Below, in pieces: positions 37,921 to 48,429 of a stretch of DNA of 64,000 nt. The stretch spans positions 27,414,210-27,478,209 of the forward strand of contig OZ316893.1 of NCBI GenBank assembly GCA_973895155.1. Reading direction: 5' to 3'. This DNA is from Marsupella aquatica. Taxonomy: Eukaryota; Plantae; Marchantiophyta. Positions within the stretch are counted from its first letter, which is position 1, and each line of letters opens with the position of its first letter. Below the pieces are notes generated by a model. The model had not been told where the DNA came from and did not search any database. It worked only from the letters and a program-made list of their open reading frames with translations. A program made the translations under genes and the position numbers.

Positions 37921-38643
37921 ATGCTTTAGCGACGCATTTTTGTACCCTTCGTGGATCCTCCAGAATGGGGGAATGGCGCCCTGATGGACCAGCTAAGGAA
38001 GCTGGATGAATCACTAATTTTAAAGATTTTCAAGCTGGTAGCAAAACCATTTTATAATAACGCATATCACTTCTACGTAGACTAGGTAGGGGGAGAAATT
38101 TATATCCGGTGGGATAGATATGCTGCATTTTCTAGAAGTATTATCTTGCTTTTTCTTAAAACCGGTGCAGTAAAACGTTTTATATTGCATTGCTATCATG
38201 TTGTGAAGGGCAATCCTGCCTATGAACCAGAATTCTATGCCCACAACAGACATAGAGCATTCGATGAGATTCGGGATGTGATTGACCAGCTGGACAATCC
38301 TCTTGCTACCGAGTTTTTGATTGACACTGGTGGGAAGTTATATTCGTACAGGACTCGTCAACTCCCCCCTAGGCCTCTTTGTCCGTTATTTAGGTTAACT
38401 TATGTATCTTGTTTATGGACAAATGTCCTTGACAATGGTGAGATGTGTCAGTGTTGCACAAATGCCTGTTGTGACGTTTTGTCACGCCGTTATTCAGTAG
38501 CTGTAGTTAATCCTGAGACCGGTGCCACAAATTTTCATTGGCTGTGGGCCTATGATCATAGGATCACTCATATACCCCAATGGCCCAAGAAGCTAATCTC
38601 TCGCTTTGCTGTAGCGCGGTTTGATCTTGGGTGGGATGATTGA
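37921..38643 (+). pseudogene. Orphan cargo ORF, Cys-rich C-terminal part, possible second F-box-like start
   Basis: The open frame 38146-38643 contains CQCCTNACC. An upstream disrupted frame from ATG 37921 contains LRKLDESLILKIFKLV. Confidence 0.4.
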
Positions 38644-38981
38644 TTAGGCACATTATCACATGTACACTCGGTCATCAATTTAAAGAAGGCTCACTTTTTG
38701 TTTGGACCACTTTTGCGATAATTTTATCGGTGTTGGTCTCATTTTCAGATGTTGACACGTACAATAATGTAATCTCGGCCGTCAATTTATATCGTGCTCA
38801 TATTTGTTTGCGATAATTTTATCGGAGTTGGTATCGCTCGTGGAATGACCTAATGCTTGTACGTGAATGAGGACTTTCTGAGTTCATTGTATCGATGTTT
38901 GCATGCCGGTTTTTGGTTCTTGGGTTTGTCAAAGCGATAAATTTATCGCTCCTTGCATTCAAATTTGCAAACTTTGTCATC

Positions 38982-41900
38982 ATGGGTCCTAGTGGGAAGA
39001 GTGGATCTGCCGAGGCTGAAAGTCTCATGACAAGCCTCACGAACGCGATTTGGACAAGCGAAGACATTTGTGAAGAGGTCAAGTTCACCAAGAAACCGTG
39101 GTACTTCCGCGACGCCAGGTTACAATCCAAGGATATGGCAAACTGTGAGTCTCCTATCCTTTGGGTCCAGATGCAAAAATCCGCAAAGGTTACTCTCTCG
39201 TTTGGCCCCATTGTTGGTGTGGCGATCTGTGAGTACTTGATTAACCGGGGAGAGGCAAAAGTGTTGAAAGAGGGTCTGAGTCTCTTGACAATGTGTGGAG
39301 GCAAGGGATTCACCTCTGTCATTGTCACCATGGAGAACTTTCTTGAGAAATCCCTTGAGAGTTACCCTGAAGATGCGCTTGTCGCGGAAGTTAGGTTAGC
39401 AAAAGTAATGAATCTTATGGGCCCAACTTGGGTGTGCCAGTTTGTCCAAGATTGTGATCTCATCATGCTACCAAGGGTGAACGCAGAGTACAAGAGGCTC
39501 ACAGGTGAAGAATTCAGACCCATCCGGAAAATAGTTATTAAGAGGCCTGGTTCTAACGGCAGTGGATCTTCATCGGCAAAAAGCGCTGGAGGTACGGCTT
39601 TGGACGAGCCCAAAAGTGGTTCGGGGAAGGGAAGTGGCAGGGGAAAGGGAGAGGGAGAGGGAACATCAGGGAAGATGTTGCTGGTCCCTCCAAGGGCGGG
39701 AGAAGGGGCAGCGGCAATCATCAAGGTCGTGCAACCGGTGCAAGTTTAGGCGTTTCGGAAGCGCCTTACATAAATGTAAGCGAGAGTAGAGGATCTGAGG
39801 GATCGGGGCCATCTGGTTCTGGAGTCAGCGTTAAGAGAAAGAGAACAGGTTGGAGTTTATCCACAGCCCCGGAAGGAGTGGAAGCCCTGATCGATATGGA
39901 GCCTCCGGTGCTTGATGAGCGTTTGCCTCGTTCAGATATACAAGCTGAGGTTCGATCGGTAAGTGCTACCAAACTTTGATTTTCTATTGATGAAAGAGGA
40001 TTCCGATAAAAATCTCACTGTTTCTTTCGTAATCTAATTTCAAACGGCATTTTCTAGATTGATGAAGAGGAGGAGACTGCTCTTTCGATGTATGAGACTG
40101 ACGCCATCAAAGCAGAGCTCAGTCTGCTGATGCAGCGAAGGGTTCAAAGGACAACTGTCCTCTTGCATGTCGACAATTTAATTTTTGATGAAGCTGGAGA
40201 GAAGTCAACTTTGATCAGACCAGTGGACAAATTGCATGTGGAGAATATCAAGATTCTTCTAAGGAAAAACCCCACTAACTTCAGCGCACCGTTTGTGCTG
40301 TGTGTGGATCCGAAGGATTGTCCCACAATTGAGGATTGGGACATTCTAAAGTCCAGAGTATGGAAGTATAGAATTATTGGAGGAAATCATGGTGCTCGGG
40401 CAAAGGCCGAGTTGTATAAAATGTATGGGAAGTAGATTTATGGTGAGCTCAAAGCTTGGGTATACGCAGGACTTACCAAGTCGGAGGTCCGGAAGTTGGG
40501 CTTCTAGCACAATTATGACCAGGAGTATAGGAAGAACATGACTTATATCGATAGAGTTCGTGCGTGCCACAATATCTTTGTTGAAATGGATGTAGGATCA
40601 AACAAGGATGTTCGCAAAGCTTGTTGTCAGGAATGTATGCTGCAATACACTCCCGGTGTTCGTGATAGCATGGCCAAACATGACCCAACATTCCAGATTG
40701 CTTTTCAAACGGGTGAAATTTGGGATCTTCAGGAGAAAGTTTTCCAGATGTGGGAGAAGGGGACTGTCTTGGGACAACCCAAAAAGATCATGGCAACAAC
40801 AAATGCAAAGGGAAAGGTTAAACCTTTAACGCTGAAAGAGATTAAAATGAATAAACTTGCAGGTGACCTCAATTTAAATACTTTTTGAGGTCTTCAAGGA
40901 CAGTCAACTAAGGAGCATGTTAAGCGGCTCTTGAATAGGGTCATTGGGAAAGTGATCACCTTGGATCAAATGCACAAGGAAGGGGAAAAACTGAAAAAAC
41001 TTTCCAAGGTGAAGAAATTATTCTTGCAGATATCTGGGCAGCCCGACTGGGCAACGTGCAGAGAAATGTTTCCAAATGAGACGGATGTTTCCGTCCTGGG
41101 AACATGGGCAGAGAAGTTGAGCAAAGCGGTAAGCACCCGTCTCTCCCCGAGATTTTTATCGGCCTTGCCATTCCATTAGTAGATTTTTGCATTCCTCGTT
41201 CCATTCAAAAATCATCGCAAGATTTTTATCGGCCTTGCCATTCCATTAGTACATTTTTGCATAACTCGTTATATTCCCGAGATTTTTAACAGCTTTCGTA
41301 TTCGTTAAGTGATTTCATTCTGATTGGAATTCTGTGCGACCTTTGTTACAGCTGAAGATTGGGTCGAAGCGGAAAAATAAAGTTGTTCCGCCTGTGCAAT
41401 ATAATTCGGCAGGGGAGGTTATTGTTCCCTCCGCTGACATCCCGTATGTGTTCAAGAATTTTGTGCTTGCTGCAATTGATCGGTACAACCGGCTCCAGGC
41501 GCTAGGCGAGGACGCACGAGAAGCCGCGGAGCAAATATGGAAAAATGCTGACGGAGATTCTTTCTCTTACTATCTCCATGTTGGGGATGTTCAAATTTTG
41601 GATTCTTTTGTGGAGGCAAAACCTTACACTCTTGCCGTCGCCGACATTCCGTATGGTTTTAATGCGCCTGGTTCGGAGTTTGATGAAGTGTCCTTCACGG
41701 AAAAGGACGTTGTAGATATGGTGAGAAGTTTTTCAAACATGACAGCTTCGAAGCAGTGGAGGTTTGTTGTGATCCATTCATTACAACAAACAAATATGGT
41801 CATGTCTACGCTTGAGATTGTGTGCAACTGTGGGGTTGAGTCTGGAATTTGGGAGAAGACCAACATTCATGAGCGTCCCGTCGGTGCTCGATTGGCGTGG

Positions 41901-42456
41901 GGTTTTGAAAACTGGTTGATGGGATTCTACAACGAGGAAGGCATCCGGAACATGAACATGTACAATTTCCAACCGGATGAGCTCGCATCAATATCATCAA
42001 GGTTCCATGTGTAACCAAAAAGTTTGTTGATCCGTTGGGCTATGTTGTGAACCCGTACCAAAAGCCTGTTGGTTTGGGTGCTTGGTTCGTTACTCATTTC
42101 TCGGAAAAAATGATTGGGTTATGAATCTTTGCTGCGGAACCGGATCCATGTTAGCTGCAGCTCTTCTCAATTCTCGCCAGGGTTGTGCGGTCGATAAAAG
42201 TGCTGCATAGATTGATTTTGTGAGACATCGGATTATGACTCTAGAGTCAAACTGGAATTTATATGATGAAGCACAGATTGAAGGGCAAGGCGACGAAGGT
42301 TTAGATATTCAACCACCAATTGGAGGCCAATTGGGAACATTGGGGACTTTCACTTTCACTGTTGAAGTCGTGAAGGAGGTCGAGAATGAAGAAGAAGCCG
42401 AAGAACCTCCCAGAATGCCTAATGAGGATGATCTCAATGACATGTTACTGGATTAG
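38982..42456 (+). pseudogene. Three-exon fusion gene: unknown N-terminal domain, ParB/Srx-like domain, and beta-class N6-adenine/N4-cytosine DNA methyltransferase
   Basis: Exons are 38982-39958, 40058-41128 and 41352-42456 (GT-AG, phase 0). ParB-like motifs: RPVD..HVENIK..L, APFVLCV, YRIIGGNHGARA (GGNH at 40379-40390), AWVYAGLT.SEVRKLG..HN. MTase motifs in beta order: LHVGDV, DIPY (41643-41654), IWEK, NPYQKP (42050-42067), WVMNLCCGTGS (42130-42147), AVD. There are several TAG/TGA stops and about 3 frameshifts. Confidence 0.88.
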
Positions 42457-42903
42457 GAAATTGTTATCTGGTTGTATGATAGTTAGGTTAGTTTAGGTTA
42501 TGTTAGATTATGTCAGTCCCACTTCTCAATATTCGGAGAATGGAGTGTGATAAATTTATCGCAATTACGTTTGAACCTGATAAATTTATCGGACATTACA
42601 TTCTACTCCCTTGTTTGTCACGGTGTTCTAGCTGGGGACTTATCGGACTTTGCATTCCACGCTCTAGCTATTCCACTCCCTTATTTGTCACGATGTTCTA
42701 GCTGGGGGAATGGAGTTGTCGATAATATTATTGGACTTTGCATTCCACGCTCTAGCTAGTTAGTCATTACAATCAATTCAAAAAAAGATATAATTATAGC
42801 TTCGGAGAACAACATACTTAGTCCCAGATGTTCACGACTGCGACCATCCTCATGGGAATGATAACCAGCTTAACGATAACCATTATAACTTAAAACCTTT
42901 ACA

Positions 42904-45900
42904 CTAGCTTCTACTATCAACGACTATAGTGTCCATCATTGCATTTTGAATGATTCGTCTTGTTTGTACAGGGAGAGTACTATTTGCCAATAACGCAAAG
43001 TTATACGCATAAACTGCAATTTCTGCTAGGGACAGTCTCGGGGGTCTCACTATATGGGGACCTCCCCATCGCCTGCGACGTTTTTAGGCCTCGGACTCCC
43101 TAAAATGTAAGAAAAAAATTATTTTTTAACCCCTATAAAGTTGGAATATTCTTGGAATATTCTAAAAATTGGATTAAAAAGACCCTAATATTCTTATAAG
43201 TCTCAAAATTGAATTTAAAAGACCCTATTGTTCTTCTACAAAAATTCTTAAGTTTTCCCTTAGAACCAATAAAATAACCCTATCCTTCGTCGCACGTGAT
43301 ATGCCATTTTTGTGGAAGTGAAACCCCCGAGGGGACAGTTCATCCTCCAGTACTTTGTTAGATGAAGCCTCTTTCTCCAGATAATATCTGCCTTCAATTG
43401 CAGACTCCTCTTCTGAATCCATTGCATACCAAGTGATTTTAATTCGCTCGGGGATGTCGTTAATTTTTGTGAGAATCTCAGTCACTTTTGCCATCCAGAA
43501 TGGTCTTCCCTTTGGATCTTGATGGGCTGCTACACATATCATTGCAAATTTAGTATTCACCTCTAGATCCTTGAAGTCTCCAATTTCCATGACTTTTCTT
43601 CGACTTCCGGAATACATGACTGTCCTCACACCCGCTATTTTATCAACCAAGATAGGTTCCATTGCTGCTTCCGTAGGATTGGTCGTAGGTTCTCTTTGTA
43701 CGTTTACTTTGGTCCAACTCCAATCAAAACTCCATTGTGCAGGTTTCAGGTGGTGCTGAATCACTTATTTTTGTTTGTCAAAAAACCGACCCCACCATAG
43801 CCGATCTTCGTCGTCAAAGTAATTGAATCCATCTTCAATTGCTCTTCGATACTTTTGAAGAGTCAAAAAATGATTTTACGCCGCTCGCTCGTCTTGTTCC
43901 TCAGTATCATTCTCTTGATCATCATTGTCTCCTGTCGCTCCCGTGGCCGACTTCAATGCCATTTGTGGTGCGACCCACATTCCAGATGAAGGAATGTACC
44001 AAACAAATTCCACGGGCTCCCCCCAATCTGTTGTCGTGGAAAGATGTTTGGCATCGAAGACAGACCGAGCACTCCCATCTTCGAGTACTCTGGTAATCCG
44101 AAATTGTTTCTAAGCACTTATGCCGTGGAGAGTATGCAAAACTTGACCATCCATATCCTTATCATTTGCTTGATCCTTGTCAGACACAAATTTTTTGAAA
44201 TCGGCAACCTCATCGACAAAAAATATTTTTTCCGTAGGATTGTAGGATTCCTCTATGATTGCGGAAAGAGTGTCCAATCGAAAAGCTTTTTGCTTGTTCA
44301 ATTTTGAAGAAAACTTGCTAAACATTTGATCAATTTGGTCATGGGTGTGCCCAACCAATAGAAAACCAACCTTTATTTTTGGAAAACACCTATCTCCACC
44401 AACATGTTCAAATATGCCATAAGATATTTATTCTTGTTTTCCCGAGCAGTGTTATCAAGCTGGAGGTAAAGCACTGGAGGGAGTGGACCTTCCTAGGTAT
44501 TCAGAATATGCTGAATAACGTGGATGGTCAGGTTGCTATCATTGTGAATATTTGGATAGTTCAAAAAAACATTTGAACTCAATTGTTTGTTGAAGATCAA
44601 ACAACCCACTACATGTACAGGGATGAAATACTTCTCATCCATATTCTTTGGACACCGAATGAAATGAGGTAACTTTGTCTTCTTTTGATCCATTCCATCA
44701 ATACAGATGCCCAAATATTTCTCCGGACTCTTGTAACATTTGCTCCGGTGCTTTGCTAACTTCTTCCTCTCCACTGCTTGTGCCTTTCGATGTTCGTTTA
44801 GCAATGTTGAGAATTTTCCTACAATAATAAAAACGTTTAGAACTTTGCTGGCCTGACAACGATAAATTTATCGGGTTCAGTATTCAAACACTTGATTTGA
44901 TAACCATAATGTTAAACCGTGACAGCGATAAATTTATCGGGATAAGTATTCAAACAATATATTAACACATTACCAAAGAAGAAGCATGGGAATACTCAAC
45001 CCGATAAAATTATCGGGGATAAGTATTCAAACTGTTCAAACGATATATTCACACACATTACCAAAGAAGAAGCATGGGAATACTCAACCCGATATAATTC
45101 TCGGGAGTAACACACGGGTTTAGAAACTTACTCTTTTCTGCTTCGAGTGTTGCCTTATCACGAAGTGCTTTGAATTCAGTACACGGGGCGCAGGTGGAGA
45201 AACAACTCCTTTTGGGGATGCGCACGCGAGGAAACTCCTTGTTCCAAATGTGAACAAACCACGAATATGTCACGCCTTGTTCTTGGCGCATTAGAGTTTC
45301 AGACTGGAAGGCGTCAAAAACTTCTATTTTTGTCCAATTGTCAGGTAAATGAAAGATATCCTTGTTGGGGAGACTCTCTACATTTGTGGTAAAAAAATCA
45401 TCCAGCCACTGAACAAGACCAAGATGTGCGGTTGATTTTTCTCTACAAAATGTATTGATCTGTATCCGAGAAAACATGTTCTTCGAGATTTTTTGGAGAT
45501 GATTATTTCCTAGGGAAAATAATTTCTTAAAACCACTCCGACAAAAGGATCTACCGCTAACTGAGTAACCACTTGCACCGGCATGCCCACCCTTCACACA
45601 TCCTCTTAGAAGTACGTTCTTCTCTTGGTAGGATAGCCCATAGTAATATGTGCGTTGTTTCGTCACATCCTGCAGACCCAAATTCCCTAGACAAAAATTG
45701 TCACAACATGGATACTTATAAATTTCTTTCATTTTGTTTCTATTCAATTTATCATTTATCACATTGTCTTTCCTAGTAATTCGGTCTCTATCTTTTTTAC
45801 TAGGCTCATTTGACTTCTCTATAGACTGAAATCCGATGAGAACATTGGCATTTTCCTCTCCTTCAAGTACCTCGCGAATAGATGCATCACTCTCTGCTGA

Positions 45901-46861
45901 GCTACCATCCTCCACAGATCTCCTCGACGCATTTAGAGGGGCACTGAAAAGGAGACTAAAACTATTCCCTTCTACATCTCCTTCTAAACATTCAGACACA
46001 ACTTGTGCTATGATATCAGATTCTCTATCTCCTTCCTGATCTTCGTCCTTTGATCCACTCGACTCATCTGAAAACACAATTGGACTCCGTGGCTCTCTAT
46101 ACATAACCCGAACACCACTAAGACCTCTCCTCGACACTTGGAGCCTAGAACCAATCACAGTCCGCCCTGGAGAACTTGGAGAATCTGGAACTCTGAACGG
46201 TGAACTATTCACACGTGTAGTCCCAACAACTTCGCGAGCTGCAGGAAAATTGAGCACTTGTTGACCACGATTCCCATGGACCATTCGGGAAAGGGCCGAG
46301 TCTGGACTTCGCAATCCAATTCCCTCGGTTGCTCGCACGTCCAGTCCAGGAAATGAGACCGATCGTCGTATCAGTCTTTGTATTTCTACCTCCTGATTCT
46401 CACCCGGAGACTAAAAGATCCGTCGTTGAACGTGTGTTGAATGTGGCGACTTAAATGCTGAGTGCGATACGCGTATCGGTCGCCGGATACCCTCTCCATA
46501 ACCCGGGATGGATGGCCTGAAGCGACGTCTCGGACCTAAACCTGGGATTGTAATTTTCTCATTCCTTGGTGATGGAACGCTCAAGAGACGACGCTTCTCA
46601 GGTTTACTAGGCGACACAGTAAGAACTGGGCTCAGGACCAAAACTTGCATCAGAATCTAAATCAGCGTCAGAAAATTCGGGCACTATCTGCTGTGAGAGA
46701 GGTAGAGCTTTAAGTATGCGACTTGGCAAACAGCGAGCGACAACATTAGGAGAGGATTCAACTGAACTTGAAGGTGAATCTGTGTCTGATTGAGACATGG
46801 CTATCCGAGACACTATGGGGCTTTGCATTCCTCCCTCAATCAGGGAAAACGAATGGCTCAA
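42904..46861 (-). pseudogene. Sola-like DDD transposase with a C-terminal beta-barrel-like domain
   Basis: A Ser/Arg-rich N-terminus, Cys clusters (CCDNFC, FSTCAPC) and an in-frame spliced intron 45131-44819 (EAEK/RKFSTLLNEH). Catalytic motifs are IDGMDQ, LYLQLDNTARENKN and VGHTHDQIDQMFS. There are stops at 46411 and 44493, frameshifts, and a MITE in the last ~45 codons; removing the MITE restores ...EDELSLAEIAVYAYNF...DSRS* ending at 42904. The superfamily call rests on the motifs plus the 4-bp TSD. Confidence 0.85.
43037..43331 (+). mobile_element. MITE copy 4, inserted in the transposase gene
   Basis: TIRs match 14/15; 8-bp TSD GGGACAGT at 43029-43036 and 43332-43339. Confidence 0.95.
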
Positions 46862-48094
46862 CCGACAAAATGTTGCTCCAAGAACACAACTCCCGAAACT
46901 CTACTCTGGATAATGATGCCAAAAACTTATCGGCGGTGACCCTTTTATAGTGTCTGTTGAGGGGTTGGCCCACGTGGCCACTTTTGATTGGCCGTCTCGC
47001 TAAACGACAAAATAGCAGAGAAGGGTATATTTCTTGGATGTCCAATTTGATTCTTACACGTGCATCGTGGAGAAATTATGTAGTTTTGAAATTTAAGCGA
47101 TAAATCTATCTCATGTTGGTATTGCAAAAAGTGTTTCCTTCATATGGAAAGTTGCAATTTTGAAATTGCAGCGATAAATTTACCTGATGCTGGTATTGCA
47201 AAAATTGTTTTCTTAATATGGATAGTTGCAATTTTGAAATTTAACCGATGAACTGAAGGATCTTAGTATTGTCGGCAAGTATTTTTGCCGTTCGGAGTTG
47301 CCGCGATAATTTTATCGGACTGCGCATTGTTGTTGAGACAACGGCATGTTGACTATGCATGTATGTGGTTACTATGGTCAATTGCGGAGGTAACTGCAAG
47401 GTAAGTTTGACAAACTGTGCGGTAATTTCTTATCGACTGTGATGTAAAATAGTTACGGTAAATAACCAAAAACTGGGGAAATTGAGATTCGGTTGGAACT
47501 TTCATGGTTGAAATTTGAAGTCCAATACAGGTATCGAACTTTGTTTGAAAAGTGGATATGGATTTCTAGATAAGAGTTTCATATATCTTCGGAGAGCGTG
47601 AATATGAGGTTCTGGCGAACGTTTCTCGGATCTAATTTTTCCTTGATAAATTGAATGTTTGTGACTATTAATTTCAGTGGTTCGGACCATTCCTGAATTT
47701 CCTGATTCAATCCGAACTCCGATACATATTACATTATTTCCCCAAAAACCTGTTTTTGATAAAAAAAACCACCGATTTCGTGAGATTCGGCGGAAAATGA
47801 AAACACACTTCTCGTTTGCGGAAATAGTTCTCGTTTGGTCGGAAATCGTGTTGTCTAGCATAGCCCTGGCTATATGCACAACAACACTACCGCTAACATT
47901 AGCTAAGTCCTAACCGAGTTAGACTAACTGTAGTTAGCTTATGAGTCACAAGACTAGAGCAATATCTAACACTATCAACCATAAGCACTCGAATATATTT
48001 AAACAGTACTAGAAATATAAACTACAATGCATCAATAGATTGAATGTGTCCTAAGTAGTTGTCTGCTTGAGTTTGCAGAATTGGACCTTATCGT

Positions 48095-48429
48095 CTCGGG
48101 GGTTTCATTTTCACAATTTAAATGGTGCTTCACATGCAAAGAATGATATGATCATTTTATTGCTTCTAAGAGAAGACTTAAGAATTTTCTCAGAAGAATA
48201 ATGTAGTCTTTTAAATTCAATTTTGAGACTTACAAGTACATTATATAGGGTCTTTTGAATCAATGGTACATTAGGTACTGAGTCGACCAAAAAAGAAAAG
48301 AAGAAAAAAAGTAATGAGTTGATGATGGTACTTTCAAGGGGTCAATTTTTTTAACATTTTAGGGGGTCCAAGGCCTAAAAACATTGCAGGTGATGGGGAG
48401 GCCCCCATATAGTGATCGAGACCCCCAAG
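48095..48429 (-). mobile_element. MITE copy 5
   Basis: CTCGGGGGTTTCA...ACCCCCAAG; TSD CTTATCGT / CTTATCAT (7/8). Confidence 0.85.

Larger units (their letters stand above)
35501..47852. mobile_element. 12,352-bp TIR DNA transposon (element B), Sola-like, carrying ParB-methyltransferase cargo
   Basis: TIRs at 35501-35525 (AACACGATTTTGGACTGACCGAGAA) and 47828-47852 (reverse complement AACACGATTTCCGACCAAACGAGAA) match 20/25, with the terminal 10 bp perfect. The 4-bp TSD GTCT is at 35497-35500 and 47853-47856, and the empty site is visible in the intact LTR (CCAGGGTCTAGCAT, about 9525-9538). It contains a DDD transposase. Confidence 0.93.
35274..47971 (-). mobile_element. Copia solo LTR split in two (35274-35500 and 47853-47971) by the Sola-like element
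   Basis: The two halves rejoin to match LTR 9307-9649. A 5-bp TSD CTATC lies at 35269-35273 and 47972-47976. Confidence 0.95.

Noticed and set aside
38982-42456. Bacterial or phage contamination as the source of the ParB-MTase
   Set aside because: The gene has GT-AG introns, one of them conserved in two copies, and sits inside a TSD-bounded element nested in a plant copia LTR between plant genes.
43225-43331. C-terminus RGFHFHKNGISR... of ORF 43225-43764
   Set aside because: This is read-through into the MITE. The true end resumes at 43028 and stops at 42904.
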